A stretch of 64,000 bases of DNA from an uncultured Pseudohongiella sp. (GTDB lineage Bacteria; Pseudomonadota; Gammaproteobacteria; Pseudomonadales; Pseudohongiellaceae). The translations under genes were made by a program, and so were the position numbers. Position 1 is the first letter of the stretch; every line of letters begins with the position of its first letter. The DNA lies in the NCBI GenBank assembly GCA_902591495.1, contig CACJAW010000003.1, positions 21,500-85,499 of the forward strand, given 5' to 3'. The notes beneath the pieces were generated by a model. The model made no database searches. It had not been told where the DNA came from and was given only the letters and a program-made list of their open reading frames with translations. Positions 25,298 to 38,759 of this stretch are shown here, piece after piece.

Positions 25298-25944
25298 GCG
25301 ATTTTACTAAAGACCTTTTAGAGAAGCTGGAGAGAGAGTTAACCAATGGGCTTGATGGGTATGGGATCGAAGCCACTCGTCACCAGATTAACCAATCGAT
25401 TGGTTTCCTCTCCATCCTTCAAAAATGGAACAAGTCTTTTAATTTAGTTTCAACGCAAGATGTCAGCGAAATGCTTAGCAGACATCTATTGGATAGCTTG
25501 TCCATCAATTCTTATCTTCGGGGTAAATACATAATTGATGTAGGTTCAGGGGCTGGCTTTCCAGGTATACCTCTTGCAATTTTCAACCCAGGAAAACACT
25601 TCACTCTCATAGACAGTAATGGCAAGAAGACTCGTTTTCTCTTCCAAGTGAAATTAACCTTAGATTTGTCCTCAATACAAATTAGAAATTGTCGCGTTGA
25701 GCACTATCAAACCGATCGTCAAATTGATATGGTGGTAACTCGGGCCGTTTCTGGTATCGATGAACTTGTCGGTAAAGTTTGCCACTTTGTATCCAAAGAT
25801 TGCAGGATTCTTTTTATGAAAGGGATGGCCTCAGAGGAAGATATCAGGCCTCTTACCCAGGACTTTGAGGTTGTTAATGTCGATGAGCTCAAAATTTTTG
25901 GTAGGACAAGGCATGTAATTGAGATAGGTCGGAAGCAGGATTAG
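25294..25944 (+). CDS. rsmG: 16S rRNA (guanine527-N7)-methyltransferase
   Basis: 216 aa with [16 protein letters not shown] and the SAM motif [15 protein letters not shown]. The TTG start overlaps the mnmG stop. Confidence 0.9.
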   Translation: MSDFTKDLLEKLERELTNGLDGYGIEATRHQINQSIGFLSILQKWNKSFNLVSTQDVSEMLSRHLLDSLSINSYLRGKYIIDVGSGAGFPGIPLAIFNPGKHFTLIDSNGKKTRFLFQVKLTLDLSSIQIRNCRVEHYQTDRQIDMVVTRAVSGIDELVGKVCHFVSKDCRILFMKGMASEEDIRPLTQDFEVVNVDELKIFGRTRHVIEIGRKQD

Positions 25945-26014
25945 GTTGTTTTAACGTTTGCCTATAAATATTAAATCAAAATTGTTGGAAGCCGAGTGAT
26001 TTGCTGGATGGTGT

Positions 26015-26800
26015 GTGAGTAAGGTTATCGCGATAGCGAATCAAAAAGGTGGAGTAGGCAAGACAACAACTTCGGTAAATCTTGCTGCCTCGTTAGCTGT
26101 TACCAACAATAGGGTATTGCTCATCGATCTCGATCCTCAGGGTAATGCAACTACTGGGTCAGGTGTTGATAAATCTGGCCTAAAGCGGTCTGTTTACGAC
26201 TTATTGATCGGATCACTTACCATTAACGACACATTGGTCACTAACGCGACGGATTATGACCTTTTGCCATCAAATTCAGACCTTGTAGCTGCTGAAGTCG
26301 ACCTTTTGAAAGGTGAGAGCAGGGAGAGCCAGCTGAAAGATGCTATTTCTGATATTCATGAGAATTACGAGTTTATTTTAATTGACTGCCCCCCCTCTCT
26401 AAACATGCTGACAATTAACGCGCTGGTAGCCGCGACGGGAGTTGTTATTCCAATGCAGTGCGAATACTACGCATTAGAGGGCCTTACCGCCTTGATGGAA
26501 ACAATAAGCGCAATCAAATCGGAACTTAATCCTTCTTTAAAAATTGAGGGTATTTTGCGGACGATGTATGACCCCAGGAGTAAATTGACTAGTGAGGTAA
26601 ATGGACAGCTTTTCAATTATTTTGGGGATGCAGTTTATCGCACTGTAGTTCCTCGTAACATAAGATTGGCGGAGGCGCCTAGCTATGGCCAGCCAGCTAT
26701 CAAGTATGACAGGCAATCACGGGGTGCTATAGCGTATTTAGCGCTAGCGGGTGAGCTTTTAAGACGACAAGACGAGTCCATGGCCAATGCAACGGTATAA
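26015..26800 (+). CDS. parA: Chromosome partitioning ATPase ParA (Soj)
   Basis: 261 aa with the deviant Walker [13 protein letters not shown] start. Confidence 0.94.
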   Translation: MSKVIAIANQKGGVGKTTTSVNLAASLAVTNNRVLLIDLDPQGNATTGSGVDKSGLKRSVYDLLIGSLTINDTLVTNATDYDLLPSNSDLVAAEVDLLKGESRESQLKDAISDIHENYEFILIDCPPSLNMLTINALVAATGVVIPMQCEYYALEGLTALMETISAIKSELNPSLKIEGILRTMYDPRSKLTSEVNGQLFNYFGDAVYRTVVPRNIRLAEAPSYGQPAIKYDRQSRGAIAYLALAGELLRRQDESMANATV

Positions 26801-26820
26801 AACAGAGCATAAATTTTAAA

Positions 26821-27720
26821 ATGAGAGAGAAAAAAAAACTAGGCAAGGGATTGGGAGCGCTTTTATCTTCAGGTAGTGCACAAAACATGTCTAGTCTTTT
26901 CAACAATAGCCTAAGTGATAGCAACAAAAACCCCTCATTCACCAATGAAGGAGAGCTTAAGCATATCCCATTGGATTTAATCCAAAGAGGTAAATATCAG
27001 CCAAGGGCCGATTTTGATGAAGCGGCTTTGGAGGAATTAGCCTCATCGATAAAGTCCCAAGGGCTAATGCAACCAATAGTTATCAGATCGATTGGGTCTC
27101 AAAAATATGAAATTATTGCTGGTGAGCGAAGGTGGCGTGCGGCACAAATAGCAGGTCTTGACTCAATACCTGCTGTCGTCAGAACGGTTAGTGATGAAGC
27201 TGCCATAGCAATGTCCTTAATCGAAAATATTCAGAGAGAAGATTTAAACCCGATCGAAGAAGCTTTAGCGCTAAAACGTCTACAAGACGAATTCAAGCTG
27301 ACTCAGCAGGAGGTGGCTGATGCGGTAGGAAGGTCTCGCACTGCGGTAACTAACTTAATGCGGTTAGTTGGCTTGCACATTGATGTGCAAAAAATGCTGC
27401 AAACAGGCCTACTGGAAATGGGCCACGCCAGGACACTTTTGACTCTGCCAGAAATAAAACAAGTTGATTTCGCACGGGACATCGCCAAGAAAGGTCTTTC
27501 GGTTCGACAGACAGAGGAGTTAGTAAGAAAGGCAAAGAGTCCCAAGACAGCGGTATCTGAAAGGCCTATAGACCCTAACATCAAGAATTTGGAAGAAAGT
27601 TTGGGCGAAAAGCTTGGAGCTAAGGTTTTAATTGAACACAAGACGAATGGAAAGGGACGATTAATAGTTTCTTACAATAGTCTTGATGAGTTGGATGGAA
27701 TATTGGAGCATCTTAATTAG
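26821..27720 (+). CDS. parB: Chromosome partitioning protein ParB (Spo0J)
   Basis: 299 aa with an N-terminal LGKGLGALL, the box II motif GERRWRAA and a helix-turn-helix region. Confidence 0.94.
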   Translation: MREKKKLGKGLGALLSSGSAQNMSSLFNNSLSDSNKNPSFTNEGELKHIPLDLIQRGKYQPRADFDEAALEELASSIKSQGLMQPIVIRSIGSQKYEIIAGERRWRAAQIAGLDSIPAVVRTVSDEAAIAMSLIENIQREDLNPIEEALALKRLQDEFKLTQQEVADAVGRSRTAVTNLMRLVGLHIDVQKMLQTGLLEMGHARTLLTLPEIKQVDFARDIAKKGLSVRQTEELVRKAKSPKTAVSERPIDPNIKNLEESLGEKLGAKVLIEHKTNGKGRLIVSYNSLDELDGILEHLN

Positions 27721-27778
27721 AGGTTTTGTGAACAGACCAAATATTTTTTATGGCTTGGATAATTGTTCCTAGGTTCGG

Positions 27779-27807
27779 TTGATACTCCAAAGTAAAGCTC
27801 CTATAAT
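27779..27807 (+). promoter_or_regulatory. Putative sigma70 promoter of the atp operon
   Basis: TTGATA, a 17-nt spacer, then TATAAT, about 90 nt upstream of the atpI start. Confidence 0.5.
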
Positions 27808-27895
27808 GCGCGTGCTTTTTCTATGTAGACACACAGAAGGAGCCTAACTAGGGGGTTTTAATACTAACAAGAAGTGAATTTTTCAAGCCTACTTC

Positions 27896-28288
27896 GTGAC
27901 AAATTTAAGACCTCCTTCAGTATATAAAGTTATAGTTGCGCAACTAGTATGGACAGTAACGTTATCCTTAGTCTGTCTTTCGATTTTTGGGGTTGTGGCT
28001 GGATACTCCGCGTTATTGGGTGGGCTCATTAGCGCAGTACCAAATAGTTATTTTGCGTTGCACGCTTTTAAATTTCAGGGTGCAAGAAACGCAGATAAAG
28101 TAGTTAAAAGTTTTATCCGCGGAGAGCTTGGTAAAATTGTTTTCACAGGTGTGCTTTTCGCGCTGAGTTTTACTTTAGTCACCAGCTTAGATGAACTTGC
28201 ATTAATAGCCGGCTTTGTGGCCACGCATTTTGTTGGGGTGGTGATGTCTGGGACCATTGACTATAGCCCGACAAGAAAAAACACCTAA
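27896..28288 (+). CDS. atpI: ATP synthase protein I
   Basis: A 130-aa hydrophobic protein in the conserved first position of the atp operon. GTG start. Confidence 0.8.
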   Translation: MTNLRPPSVYKVIVAQLVWTVTLSLVCLSIFGVVAGYSALLGGLISAVPNSYFALHAFKFQGARNADKVVKSFIRGELGKIVFTGVLFALSFTLVTSLDELALIAGFVATHFVGVVMSGTIDYSPTRKNT

Positions 28289-28315
28289 AATTTAAACCGA
28301 AACTTAGCAGGGTAG

Positions 28316-29191
<876 letters not shown>

Positions 29192-29208
29192 TCTGCTACA
29201 CATTCTGA

Positions 29209-29490
<282 letters not shown>

Positions 29491-29516
29491 AGACAGAATA
29501 AGCCGGAGAAAGAATC

Positions 29517-29987
29517 GTGAATATTAATGCGACTTTTTTAGGTCAGATGATTGCAATGGCCTTTTTTGTTTGGTTTTGCACGAAATACGTTTGGCCGCCC
29601 TTTGTTTCGATTATGGAAGAACGGAAAAAAAGAATAGCTGACGGGTTGGAAGCGGCATCAAAAGCGGAGAAGGATCTTGAGTCTGCCCAAGCCAAGTCTG
29701 AGGAGCAGTTAAAGGCTGCAAAGGTAGATGCTGCTGGCATTATTGATCAGGCAAATAAGCGAGCTGCACAAATTGTGGAAGAGGCTAAAGATCAAGCTCG
29801 AGAGGAAGGCCAGCGTATTATAGCCAGCGCGAATGCTGAGTTAGAGCAAGAGGTTAATCGAGCAAAAGAAGCATTAAGAGCCCAAGTGTCTGCGATTGCG
29901 GTCGCAGGAGCTGAAAAAATTCTTGAGGGCTCTATTGATCAAGCCGCGAATGAAGAAATGTTGAACAAATTGGCTACAGAGCTTTGA
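29517..29987 (+). CDS. atpF: F0F1 ATP synthase subunit b
   Basis: 156 aa with a single N-terminal TM segment followed by a long charged helix. GTG start. Confidence 0.92.
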   Translation: MNINATFLGQMIAMAFFVWFCTKYVWPPFVSIMEERKKRIADGLEAASKAEKDLESAQAKSEEQLKAAKVDAAGIIDQANKRAAQIVEEAKDQAREEGQRIIASANAELEQEVNRAKEALRAQVSAIAVAGAEKILEGSIDQAANEEMLNKLATEL

Positions 29988-29997
29988 TATATTAGCA

Positions 29998-30534
29998 ATG
30001 GCAGAGACAACGACACTTGCAAGACCCTATGCTAGAGCGGCTTTTGAAGTTGCCTCGCAAGATAATGCGCTTCAAAGCTGGTCTAATCTCCTAGCTCTAT
30101 TCGCCGCCGTGGCCAAACAACCGGCTGTTAGCTCGGTGTTACGGAATCCATCTCTTTCCTCCAGTCAAATCGCAGAGTCTTTTGAAAGCATATGTGGTGA
30201 TGACATAGACGGTAAGGGCAAAAACTTCATTCGGCTCCTTGCAGAAAATAAACGGTTAGTACTGTTGTCAGAAATTGCCGAGCTATTTGAAGTCTTGAAA
30301 GCTGACCGGGAGCGCTCTGTAGAAGTTGAAGTAACCTCAGCTTTTGAAATTAGTTCAGAGATTGCGGGGAAACTAGCCGCCTCATTGAAAAAGCGATTAG
30401 ATAGAGAAATTAATCTATCAACGAGCGTCGATGAATCTTTGGTTGGCGGTGCGGTAATTCGCGCGGGAGATATGGTCATCGACAGCTCTGTTCGTGGAAA
30501 GTTAACCAAATTAGTTGAATCAATAAATTCTTGA
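29998..30534 (+). CDS. atpH: F0F1 ATP synthase subunit delta
   Basis: 178 aa starting LARPYARAAFE, in the conserved operon position. Confidence 0.92.
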   Translation: MAETTTLARPYARAAFEVASQDNALQSWSNLLALFAAVAKQPAVSSVLRNPSLSSSQIAESFESICGDDIDGKGKNFIRLLAENKRLVLLSEIAELFEVLKADRERSVEVEVTSAFEISSEIAGKLAASLKKRLDREINLSTSVDESLVGGAVIRAGDMVIDSSVRGKLTKLVESINS

Positions 30535-30558
30535 CGTTTTAGGATATAGGACATAGCG

Positions 30559-32103
30559 ATGCAACAACTGAATCCATCAGAAATCAGTGAGATTATAAAG
30601 CAGAGAATCGACAAATTAGATGTGTCGGTGCAAGCAAAGAACGAGGGCACAATAGTCAGTGTGATGGATGGGATCATCCGAATTCATGGCTTGGCAGACG
30701 TTATGTATGGCGAAATGATTGAATTCGAGGGCGGCATTTATGGCATGGCGCTCAACTTAGAGCGAGATTCTGTTGGAGCCGTGGTATTGGGCGACTATCT
30801 TCAGCTCAAGGAAGGTCAGACATGCAAATGCACAGGGCGAATCCTTGAAGTGCCTGTCGGTCCCGAGCTTGAAGGTCGAGTAGTTGACGCTCTTGGAAAG
30901 CCCATTGATGGTAAGGGCCCTATAGATGCAAAGCTCACTGACCCAATCGAAAAGGTTGCCCCCGGTGTAATAGCCAGACAGGGTGTAGACCAGCCAGTGC
31001 AGACAGGATTGAAGTCAATTGACTCAATGACTCCTATAGGGAGGGGGCAGCGAGAGTTAATTATCGGCGACAGAGAGGTTGGTAAGACGGCGGTAGCTAT
31101 TGACACCATCATCAACCAAAAAGGTAAAGGGGTTAAGTGTGTTTATGTGGCGGTTGGGCAGAAGGCTAGCTCAATCTCAAATGTGGTCCAAAAACTTGAA
31201 GAGCATGGTGCAATGGAATACACCGTGGTTGTTTCAGCCTCTGCATCTGATCCCGCTTCAATGCAATTTATCGCACCGTATTCGGGATGCTCGATGGGAG
31301 AATACTATAGAGATAGGGGCGAGGACGCTTTGATCATCTATGATGATCTAACTAAACAAGCATGGGCCTATCGCCAGATTTCACTTTTGCTCAGAAGGCC
31401 TCCAGGAAGAGAGGCATATCCGGGAGATGTCTTTTACTTACACTCACGTCTTCTGGAGCGTGCAGCGAGAGTAAGCGCTAACTACGTAGAGAAGTTCACA
31501 GAAGGTAAGGTTAAGGGCAAAACCGGGTCTCTGACAGCATTGCCTGTTATTGAAACTCAGGCGGGCGACGTATCTGCATTCGTTCCTACGAACGTAATTT
31601 CCATTACTGATGGCCAGATATTTTTAGAAACCGACCTTTTCAACTCGGGTATCCGTCCGGCAATGAATCCCGGTATCTCGGTTTCCCGAGTTGGGGGTGC
31701 CGCTCAGACAAAGATCATCAAAAAGCTAGGGGGTGGTATTCGTATAGCACTAGCACAATATCGCGAGCTGGCGGCTTTCGCGGCTTTTGCATCTGATTTG
31801 GATGATGCTACTAGAGCGCAGCTTGAACATGGGCAGCGAGTGACAGAATTAATGAAGCAGAAGCAGTATTCACCATTATCAATTGCAGAGATGGGAGTAT
31901 CTCTTTTTGCAGCTAATGAAGGGTTTTTGGAGGATATAGAGCTAAACAAAGTCTTGGATTTCGAATCGGCTCTTCTGGCGTATATGAACAGTGAGCATGG
32001 AGATTTGCTGGGCAAGATTAATGAAAGCGGCGACTACGATGATGACATAGAAAAAGCTTTTAGAGCCGCGCTCGAAAAATTTAAGTCAACTCAAACTTGG
32101 TAA
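30559..32103 (+). CDS. atpA: F0F1 ATP synthase subunit alpha
   Basis: 514 aa with a P-loop GDREVGKT and otherwise highly conserved alpha-subunit sequence. Confidence 0.97.
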   Translation: MQQLNPSEISEIIKQRIDKLDVSVQAKNEGTIVSVMDGIIRIHGLADVMYGEMIEFEGGIYGMALNLERDSVGAVVLGDYLQLKEGQTCKCTGRILEVPVGPELEGRVVDALGKPIDGKGPIDAKLTDPIEKVAPGVIARQGVDQPVQTGLKSIDSMTPIGRGQRELIIGDREVGKTAVAIDTIINQKGKGVKCVYVAVGQKASSISNVVQKLEEHGAMEYTVVVSASASDPASMQFIAPYSGCSMGEYYRDRGEDALIIYDDLTKQAWAYRQISLLLRRPPGREAYPGDVFYLHSRLLERAARVSANYVEKFTEGKVKGKTGSLTALPVIETQAGDVSAFVPTNVISITDGQIFLETDLFNSGIRPAMNPGISVSRVGGAAQTKIIKKLGGGIRIALAQYRELAAFAAFASDLDDATRAQLEHGQRVTELMKQKQYSPLSIAEMGVSLFAANEGFLEDIELNKVLDFESALLAYMNSEHGDLLGKINESGDYDDDIEKAFRAALEKFKSTQTW

Positions 32104-32156
32104 GGGTCGGGTATATTTCTTTATAGAAATTAGATAACTACTAGGCGATTAAGAAT

Positions 32157-33017
32157 ATGGCGAGTGGAAAAGAAATTCGAACAAAGATCGCGAGTATAAA
32201 GAATACTCAAAAGATCACTAAAGCCATGGAAATGGTTTCTGCAAGTAAGATGCGGAAAGTGCAAGACCGCATGAAGCTTGGCAAGCCATACTCGCAGCGA
32301 ATACGCTCCGTCATCGGTCACATAGCAAACTCAACCCCTGAGTATAAGCATCCGTATTTTGATACTCGAGACGTTAAGCGTGTTGGTTACATAGTTGTGT
32401 CGACTGATCGAGGATTATGTGGCGGATTGAATATTAACGCCTTTAAAGCCACTGTTGCTTCAATGAAAAAATGGTCCGACCAGGGTGTGGAGATAGACAT
32501 ATGCACTATCGGCGCGAGGGCGGCAACTTTTTTTAATAACTATGGTGGAAATGTAGTAGGAGCGGTTCGAGACATCGGTGACGCTCCAGAGGTTGCAGAT
32601 CTGATTGGTGCCGTGAAGATTATGCTGGATAAATTCGATGGTGGGGAAATAGATAGACTGATGGTTGTTAGTAACGACTTCGTGAATACCATGACCCATA
32701 AGCCCGTGGTAAACCAACTAATTCCTCTTCAACCCTCGGAGGAGGAAGAATTGCAACACCATTGGGATTATCTCTATGAGCCTGACGCACAGGAACTCTT
32801 AGATGGCTTGTTGTTGCGGTTCATAGAATCTCAGGTCTACCAGGCAGTAGTAGAAAATAACGCGTGTGAACAAGCAGCACGGATGATTGCAATGAAAAGC
32901 GCATCAGATAATGCTGGTGACTTGATAGAGGAATTGGGACTTGCGTATAACAAGGCAAGACAAGCAGCTATTACGCAAGAGTTGTCGGAAATTGCCGGCG
33001 GAGCTGCAGCAGTTTAA
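32157..33017 (+). CDS. atpG: F0F1 ATP synthase subunit gamma
   Basis: 286 aa with an N-terminal [23 protein letters not shown] and a C-terminal ITQELSEI. Confidence 0.96.
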   Translation: MASGKEIRTKIASIKNTQKITKAMEMVSASKMRKVQDRMKLGKPYSQRIRSVIGHIANSTPEYKHPYFDTRDVKRVGYIVVSTDRGLCGGLNINAFKATVASMKKWSDQGVEIDICTIGARAATFFNNYGGNVVGAVRDIGDAPEVADLIGAVKIMLDKFDGGEIDRLMVVSNDFVNTMTHKPVVNQLIPLQPSEEEELQHHWDYLYEPDAQELLDGLLLRFIESQVYQAVVENNACEQAARMIAMKSASDNAGDLIEELGLAYNKARQAAITQELSEIAGGAAAV

Positions 33018-33030
33018 TTTAATTTTATAA

Positions 33031-34452
<1,422 letters not shown>

Positions 34453-34505
34453 ATCGAAAAGTATCGGAGTTACACAGCTTTAGAAGCTAATCAAAGGTAA
34501 GGCAT

Positions 34506-34919
34506 ATGGCTACGACAATGCAGTGCGATATTGTGTCAGCTGAGAAGAGTATTTTCACTGGCGCGGTTGAAATGGTAGTTGCTGCTGGGTCTCTTGGAGA
34601 CCTCGGTATAAGCTATGGACATGCGCCTTTACTGACTGCTCTTATACCGGGTCCCGTTCGCTTAATTTTAGAAGGTGGTGAAGAGGAGGTATTCTATGTC
34701 TCTGGAGGCTTCCTTGAAGTCCAAAAAGATGTTGTGACTCTGCTCACCGACACTGCCATGAGAGCCGAAGATGTTGATGAATCGGCTGCCTTGAAAGCAG
34801 TTGAAGATGCTGAAAAGGCTATGTCTAACCAGAATTCAGAGTTTGATTATGGGACAGCTGCCGCACAGCTAGCCGAAGCCGCTGCTCAGCTCCGAGCTCT
34901 AAAGCAGATGAAAAAATAG
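34506..34919 (+). CDS. atpC: F0F1 ATP synthase subunit epsilon
   Basis: 137 aa, last gene of the operon. Confidence 0.93.
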   Translation: MATTMQCDIVSAEKSIFTGAVEMVVAAGSLGDLGISYGHAPLLTALIPGPVRLILEGGEEEVFYVSGGFLEVQKDVVTLLTDTAMRAEDVDESAALKAVEDAEKAMSNQNSEFDYGTAAAQLAEAAAQLRALKQMKK

Positions 34920-34943
34920 ACTTTTCGATAGCGCAATTATTTG

Positions 34944-34973
34944 AAAAAGGTAGCACTTGCTACCTTTTTTTTT
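34944..34973 (+). terminator. Rho-independent terminator of the atp operon
   Basis: A GGTAGC/GCTACC stem with a short loop, preceded by an A-run and followed by a run of 9 T, 25 nt after the atpC stop. Confidence 0.8.
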
Positions 34974-35014
34974 GGTAATCTAAATCTTACAGATATTGGA
35001 TCTAAGGTTTTAAG

Positions 35015-36400
35015 ATGGAAGCGGTAATCCTTGCAGCGGGTAGAGGAACAAGAATGCATTCACAATTGCCGAAGGTGTTACACACCGTCGGCAATAAGCC
35101 AATGCTTATTCACGTAATAAATTCAGCGGAGTTTGCGGGTGCAAAAAAGATACATGTAGTTGTGGGAATTGACGGTGAGCGGATCAAGGAACAGGTCCGT
35201 CGATTTCCTATCCAAAACGAGGTCTCGTGGATTCTGCAAAGGGAACAGCTTGGTACTGCCCATGCGGTTCAACAAGCTGTTTCTCACTTTGAATCAAAAG
35301 CTGAAGGTGATCATATATTGGTACTTTATGGTGATGTTCCACTTATAAAGCCGGATACTTTGGTCCAATTACTGTTGAACACAAAAACTGGCTCAATTGG
35401 TATTTTGACCTTACTTACTGAGAACAACCGAGGTTTGGGAAGAATCCTTAGAGATGAATCAAACAAAATAATGGGTATTGTGGAAGAGAAGGACGCTTCT
35501 GATCTCCAAAAAGAGATTAAAGAGGTGAATAGTGGCATTATGGCACTGCCGGCAGATAGGTTAGGGAGTTGGCTCGGTAAAATTGAAAATAATAATCAAC
35601 AGTCAGAGTACTATTTAACGGATATCATTGAACTAGCGGCTTCTGAAAAAGTAGCAATCAGCTCTGTAGTAATTTCGAATGAAATAGAAGCTCAGGGAGT
35701 TAATGATAAATCGCAGCTGGCGTTATTAGAGAGGCATTTCCAAATGACTAAGTGTAAGGAGCTACTGGATAAGGGCGTTATAATTAAAGACCCTTCCCGC
35801 GTTGATATAAGAGGAGAACTGAGCTGTGGTCAAGATGTAGAGATTGACTTTAACACTCTATTTGAAGGTGACGTTACACTTGGTAATAATGTAAAAATAG
35901 GCCCCAATGCAATTATTAAAGACTCTTCGATTGGGGATGATACACAAATTTTGCCTGGTACTATTATTGAGGGCTCAACTATCGGAGAAGAGACGATCTT
36001 GGGGCCTAACGCAAGAATTAGACCGGGCACTATCTTAGGAAACAAAGTTAAGGTTGGTAATTTTGTAGAAACTAAAAAAGCTATTCTCGGCGAGGGAACA
36101 AAAGCCAACCATTTAGCGTACATTGGAGATGCGGAGATTGGTAAAAACTGTAATATTGGAGCTGGGACTATATTTTGTAATTATGATGGGGCAAACAAGC
36201 ATAAGACGCTGCTAGGTGACAATGTTTTTATTGGGTCAAATAGTGTTCTAGTAGCGCCAGTTAAGTTAGAAGATGATTCTTTTGTTGCGGCGGGATCCGC
36301 TGTCAATACAAATATACCAAAGGGCAATCTAGCCGTGGGACGCACCAAGCAGAGAAATATTAGTGGTTGGAAGCGACCCTCAAAAAATACTGAAAATTAA
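35015..36400 (+). CDS. glmU: Bifunctional UDP-N-acetylglucosamine pyrophosphorylase / glucosamine-1-phosphate N-acetyltransferase
   Basis: 461 aa with LAAGRGTRM at the N-terminus and a C-terminal hexapeptide-repeat (left-handed beta-helix) domain. Confidence 0.95.
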   Translation: MEAVILAAGRGTRMHSQLPKVLHTVGNKPMLIHVINSAEFAGAKKIHVVVGIDGERIKEQVRRFPIQNEVSWILQREQLGTAHAVQQAVSHFESKAEGDHILVLYGDVPLIKPDTLVQLLLNTKTGSIGILTLLTENNRGLGRILRDESNKIMGIVEEKDASDLQKEIKEVNSGIMALPADRLGSWLGKIENNNQQSEYYLTDIIELAASEKVAISSVVISNEIEAQGVNDKSQLALLERHFQMTKCKELLDKGVIIKDPSRVDIRGELSCGQDVEIDFNTLFEGDVTLGNNVKIGPNAIIKDSSIGDDTQILPGTIIEGSTIGEETILGPNARIRPGTILGNKVKVGNFVETKKAILGEGTKANHLAYIGDAEIGKNCNIGAGTIFCNYDGANKHKTLLGDNVFIGSNSVLVAPVKLEDDSFVAAGSAVNTNIPKGNLAVGRTKQRNISGWKRPSKNTEN

Positions 36401-36405
36401 ATTTC

Positions 36406-38241
36406 ATGTGCGGAATTGTAGGCGCTATATCAGAAAGAAAAATCTCAAGGATCCTACTTGAAGGATTGAGACGCCTTGAGTATAGGGGATATGACTCTGC
36501 GGGTATTGCACTTCTTTCTGAGAGGAGCGATAGGCTTCAGCAGTTGAGAAGTGTTGGCAAGGTCAGGAAACTTTCAGATGCGATCACAAAAAGAAAGTTG
36601 CAGGGCACTATCGGCATTGCACATACACGCTGGGCGACTCATGGGAAGCCTTCGGTTAAAAACGCTCATCCCCATTCGTCCAAAAATGAAATTGCCATAG
36701 TCCATAACGGCATCATTGAAAATCATGAGTTACTTCGTGTTCGACTAACCGAAAGAGGATATGAGTTTAAAACAGAGACAGACAGTGAAGTAATTGCTCA
36801 TCTCATTCACCAAGAGAAAAAAAATGGAAAAGTATCCTTTCTTAATTCAGTAATACGGGCGTTAGGAAAACTGAAGGGAGCTTATGGAATATGTGCCATT
36901 GATAACTCCAATCGAGATCAGATCATTGTTGCGAAGAGTGGTTCTCCAATTGTCATTGGTATCGGTATCGGTGAGAATTTTATAGCCTCTGATCCGCTTG
37001 CTTTAGGACACGTTACCGATAGGTTTATCTATTTGGAAGAAGGAGATATAGCTCGAGTAACGCGAGAGCGCGTAGAAATTTGGAATAAGGCCGAACAAGT
37101 ATCTCGACCGATTACGACCATAGACTCCAAGATAAAGGATGTACAAAAGGGTGAGTATAAGCATTTTATGCTCAAGGAGATTTATGAGCAGCCCATTGTA
37201 TTGAAAGATACCCTGGATGGAAGAATAACAGCTCGGAAGGTTTTAGAAGAGGCGTTTGGAGTAAAGGCGGGCAAGTTCTTTGATAAAACGAAACAAGTCC
37301 AAATAGTTGCATGTGGCACTAGCTTTCATGCTGGGCTAATAAGTAAATACTGGTTAGAGTCTATTGCTAAAATTCCGTGCCAAGTCGACATAGCGAGTGA
37401 CTATCGATATAGAGATATCATTGTCGAGCCCGGAACACTGCTAGTTACAATCTCCCAATCTGGGGAAACCGCGGATACTCTTGCCGCATTGCGTTATGCC
37501 AAGAAACTGAATTATACGGCCACTCTGGCTGTCTGCAATGTTGCTACCAGTTCGCTTGTCCGAGAGTCGGATTTCAGTGTTCTAACCTTGGCTGGTCAGG
37601 AGATTGGAGTAGCTTCAACCAAAGCCTTCACTACTCAACTAGTTTTGTTGTTAATCTTATCTATCGTACTTGCGAGAAGGAATGGTTTGCGGCCAGTACA
37701 AGAGGCCAAGCTGGTGAAGGATTTAGCAAAGCTTCCGAGATTAATCGATAAAACGCTCCAGCTTAATAAAGACATAAAAAAAATCTCTAAGCAATTTTCG
37801 GGAAAGAACCATACTCTGTTCCTAGGACGAGGTATTCAGTATCCGGTGGCAAAGGAAGGAGCGTTAAAGTTGAAAGAAATATCTTATATACATGCGGAGG
37901 CTTACCCTGCGGGAGAGCTTAAGCATGGGCCGCTTGCTCTAGTTGATAGTAAAATGCCGGTAATCGCGGTAGCACCAAAAGATGAACTTTTGAGTAAACT
38001 TCGAGCGAATTTATCTGAGGTTAGTGCCCGAGGGGGAAAACTATATGTTTTTGCTGATGAAAGTATAAAATTTGAGAGTGACAAACGCTGTAAGGTAGTC
38101 AACGTCCCTCATTGTCCCGAAATATTAGACCCAATAATTTTCACGATCCCATTACAGCTTCTTTCGTATCATGTCGCAGTCATGAAAGGGACTGATGTAG
38201 ACCATCCGAGGAATCTTGCCAAGTCGGTGACTGTGGAGTAA
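36406..38241 (+). CDS. glmS: Glutamine--fructose-6-phosphate aminotransferase
   Basis: 611 aa with the MCGIVG Cys nucleophile, two SIS domains and a C-terminal NLAKSVTVE. Confidence 0.97.
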   Translation: MCGIVGAISERKISRILLEGLRRLEYRGYDSAGIALLSERSDRLQQLRSVGKVRKLSDAITKRKLQGTIGIAHTRWATHGKPSVKNAHPHSSKNEIAIVHNGIIENHELLRVRLTERGYEFKTETDSEVIAHLIHQEKKNGKVSFLNSVIRALGKLKGAYGICAIDNSNRDQIIVAKSGSPIVIGIGIGENFIASDPLALGHVTDRFIYLEEGDIARVTRERVEIWNKAEQVSRPITTIDSKIKDVQKGEYKHFMLKEIYEQPIVLKDTLDGRITARKVLEEAFGVKAGKFFDKTKQVQIVACGTSFHAGLISKYWLESIAKIPCQVDIASDYRYRDIIVEPGTLLVTISQSGETADTLAALRYAKKLNYTATLAVCNVATSSLVRESDFSVLTLAGQEIGVASTKAFTTQLVLLLILSIVLARRNGLRPVQEAKLVKDLAKLPRLIDKTLQLNKDIKKISKQFSGKNHTLFLGRGIQYPVAKEGALKLKEISYIHAEAYPAGELKHGPLALVDSKMPVIAVAPKDELLSKLRANLSEVSARGGKLYVFADESIKFESDKRCKVVNVPHCPEILDPIIFTIPLQLLSYHVAVMKGTDVDHPRNLAKSVTVE

Positions 38242-38321
38242 TTCAGAACAGTGGATAATATCGTAGATGGGGGTTGTTTCTGTGGTTCGGTTCGCTACAG
38301 TTTTGAATCCAACAATTATCC
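38227..38321 (+). repeat. Direct repeat copy 1 (glmS last 5 codons, 9-nt spacer, first 23 codons of the GFA gene)
   Basis: About 85 percent identical by eye over about 95 nt to 38648-38741. Confidence 0.85.
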
Positions 38322-38616
38322 TTCTTCAAATTGCCATTGTTCCATGTGTAGACGTACTTCAGGCGCTGCTTTTGTTTCTTGGATGGCTATTCCATTAACT
38401 AGCTTTAAATTCAATAAAGGAGAGCCTAAAAAACTAATTTCCTCTGATCATGGAACCAGATACTTTTGTAAAGAATGCGGAACTCACTTAACTTGTCTTC
38501 TTGATGAGTACCCTAAGTATGTCTATATCACAATTTGTAGCCTAGATAAGCCACAAGACTTTGAGCCACAAGGAGATATGTATATTGAAGATATGCTTGA
38601 TTGGGTTAAAAGATAA
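38251..38616 (+). CDS. GFA (glutathione-dependent formaldehyde-activating / CENP-V) family protein
   Basis: 121 aa with the Cys-rich Zn motifs GGCFCGSV and CHCSMCRR. GTG start 9 nt after glmS. Confidence 0.8.
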   Translation: MDNIVDGGCFCGSVRYSFESNNYPSSNCHCSMCRRTSGAAFVSWMAIPLTSFKFNKGEPKKLISSDHGTRYFCKECGTHLTCLLDEYPKYVYITICSLDKPQDFEPQGDMYIEDMLDWVKR

Positions 38617-38647
38617 CAAAGTTTTATTCACTGTTCTAAAACACTCT

Positions 38648-38741
38648 GTAACCGTGGAGTAGAACATAACAGTGAATAATATCTTAGAAGGGGGTTGTTT
38701 CTGTGGTTCAGTTCGCTACAGTTTCGAATCCAACGATATCC
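38648..38741 (+). repeat. Direct repeat copy 2 (diverged glmS tail plus GFA 5' fragment)
   Basis: It still encodes S-V-T-V-E-stop with only synonymous changes (gtg to gta, act to acc, taa to tag). After a 9-nt spacer of the same length but diverged sequence comes a GFA-like N-terminus. Confidence 0.85.
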
Positions 38742-38749
38742 AAGTATAA
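38672..38749 (+). pseudogene. Truncated GFA-family gene fragment (25 codons)
   Basis: Translates to VNNILEGGCFCGSVRYSFESNDIQV-stop. It matches the first 21 residues of the intact neighbour (VDNIVDGGCFCGSVRYSFESN) with 3 substitutions. A 1-nt indel follows, and similarity then ends. Confidence 0.75.
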
Positions 38750-38759
38750 GGAAATTTAA

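Noticed and set aside
26830-26838. A9 homopolymer at the 5' end of parB, plus a similar A9 at 22672-22680 in mnmE
   Set aside because: Both are in frame within conserved genes and encode Lys runs. Nothing suggests phase variation in these housekeeping genes.
30165-30677. 170-aa ORF antisense to atpH/atpA
   Set aside because: It spans the atpH-atpA junction on the opposite strand, has no motif, and is a shadow of highly conserved genes.
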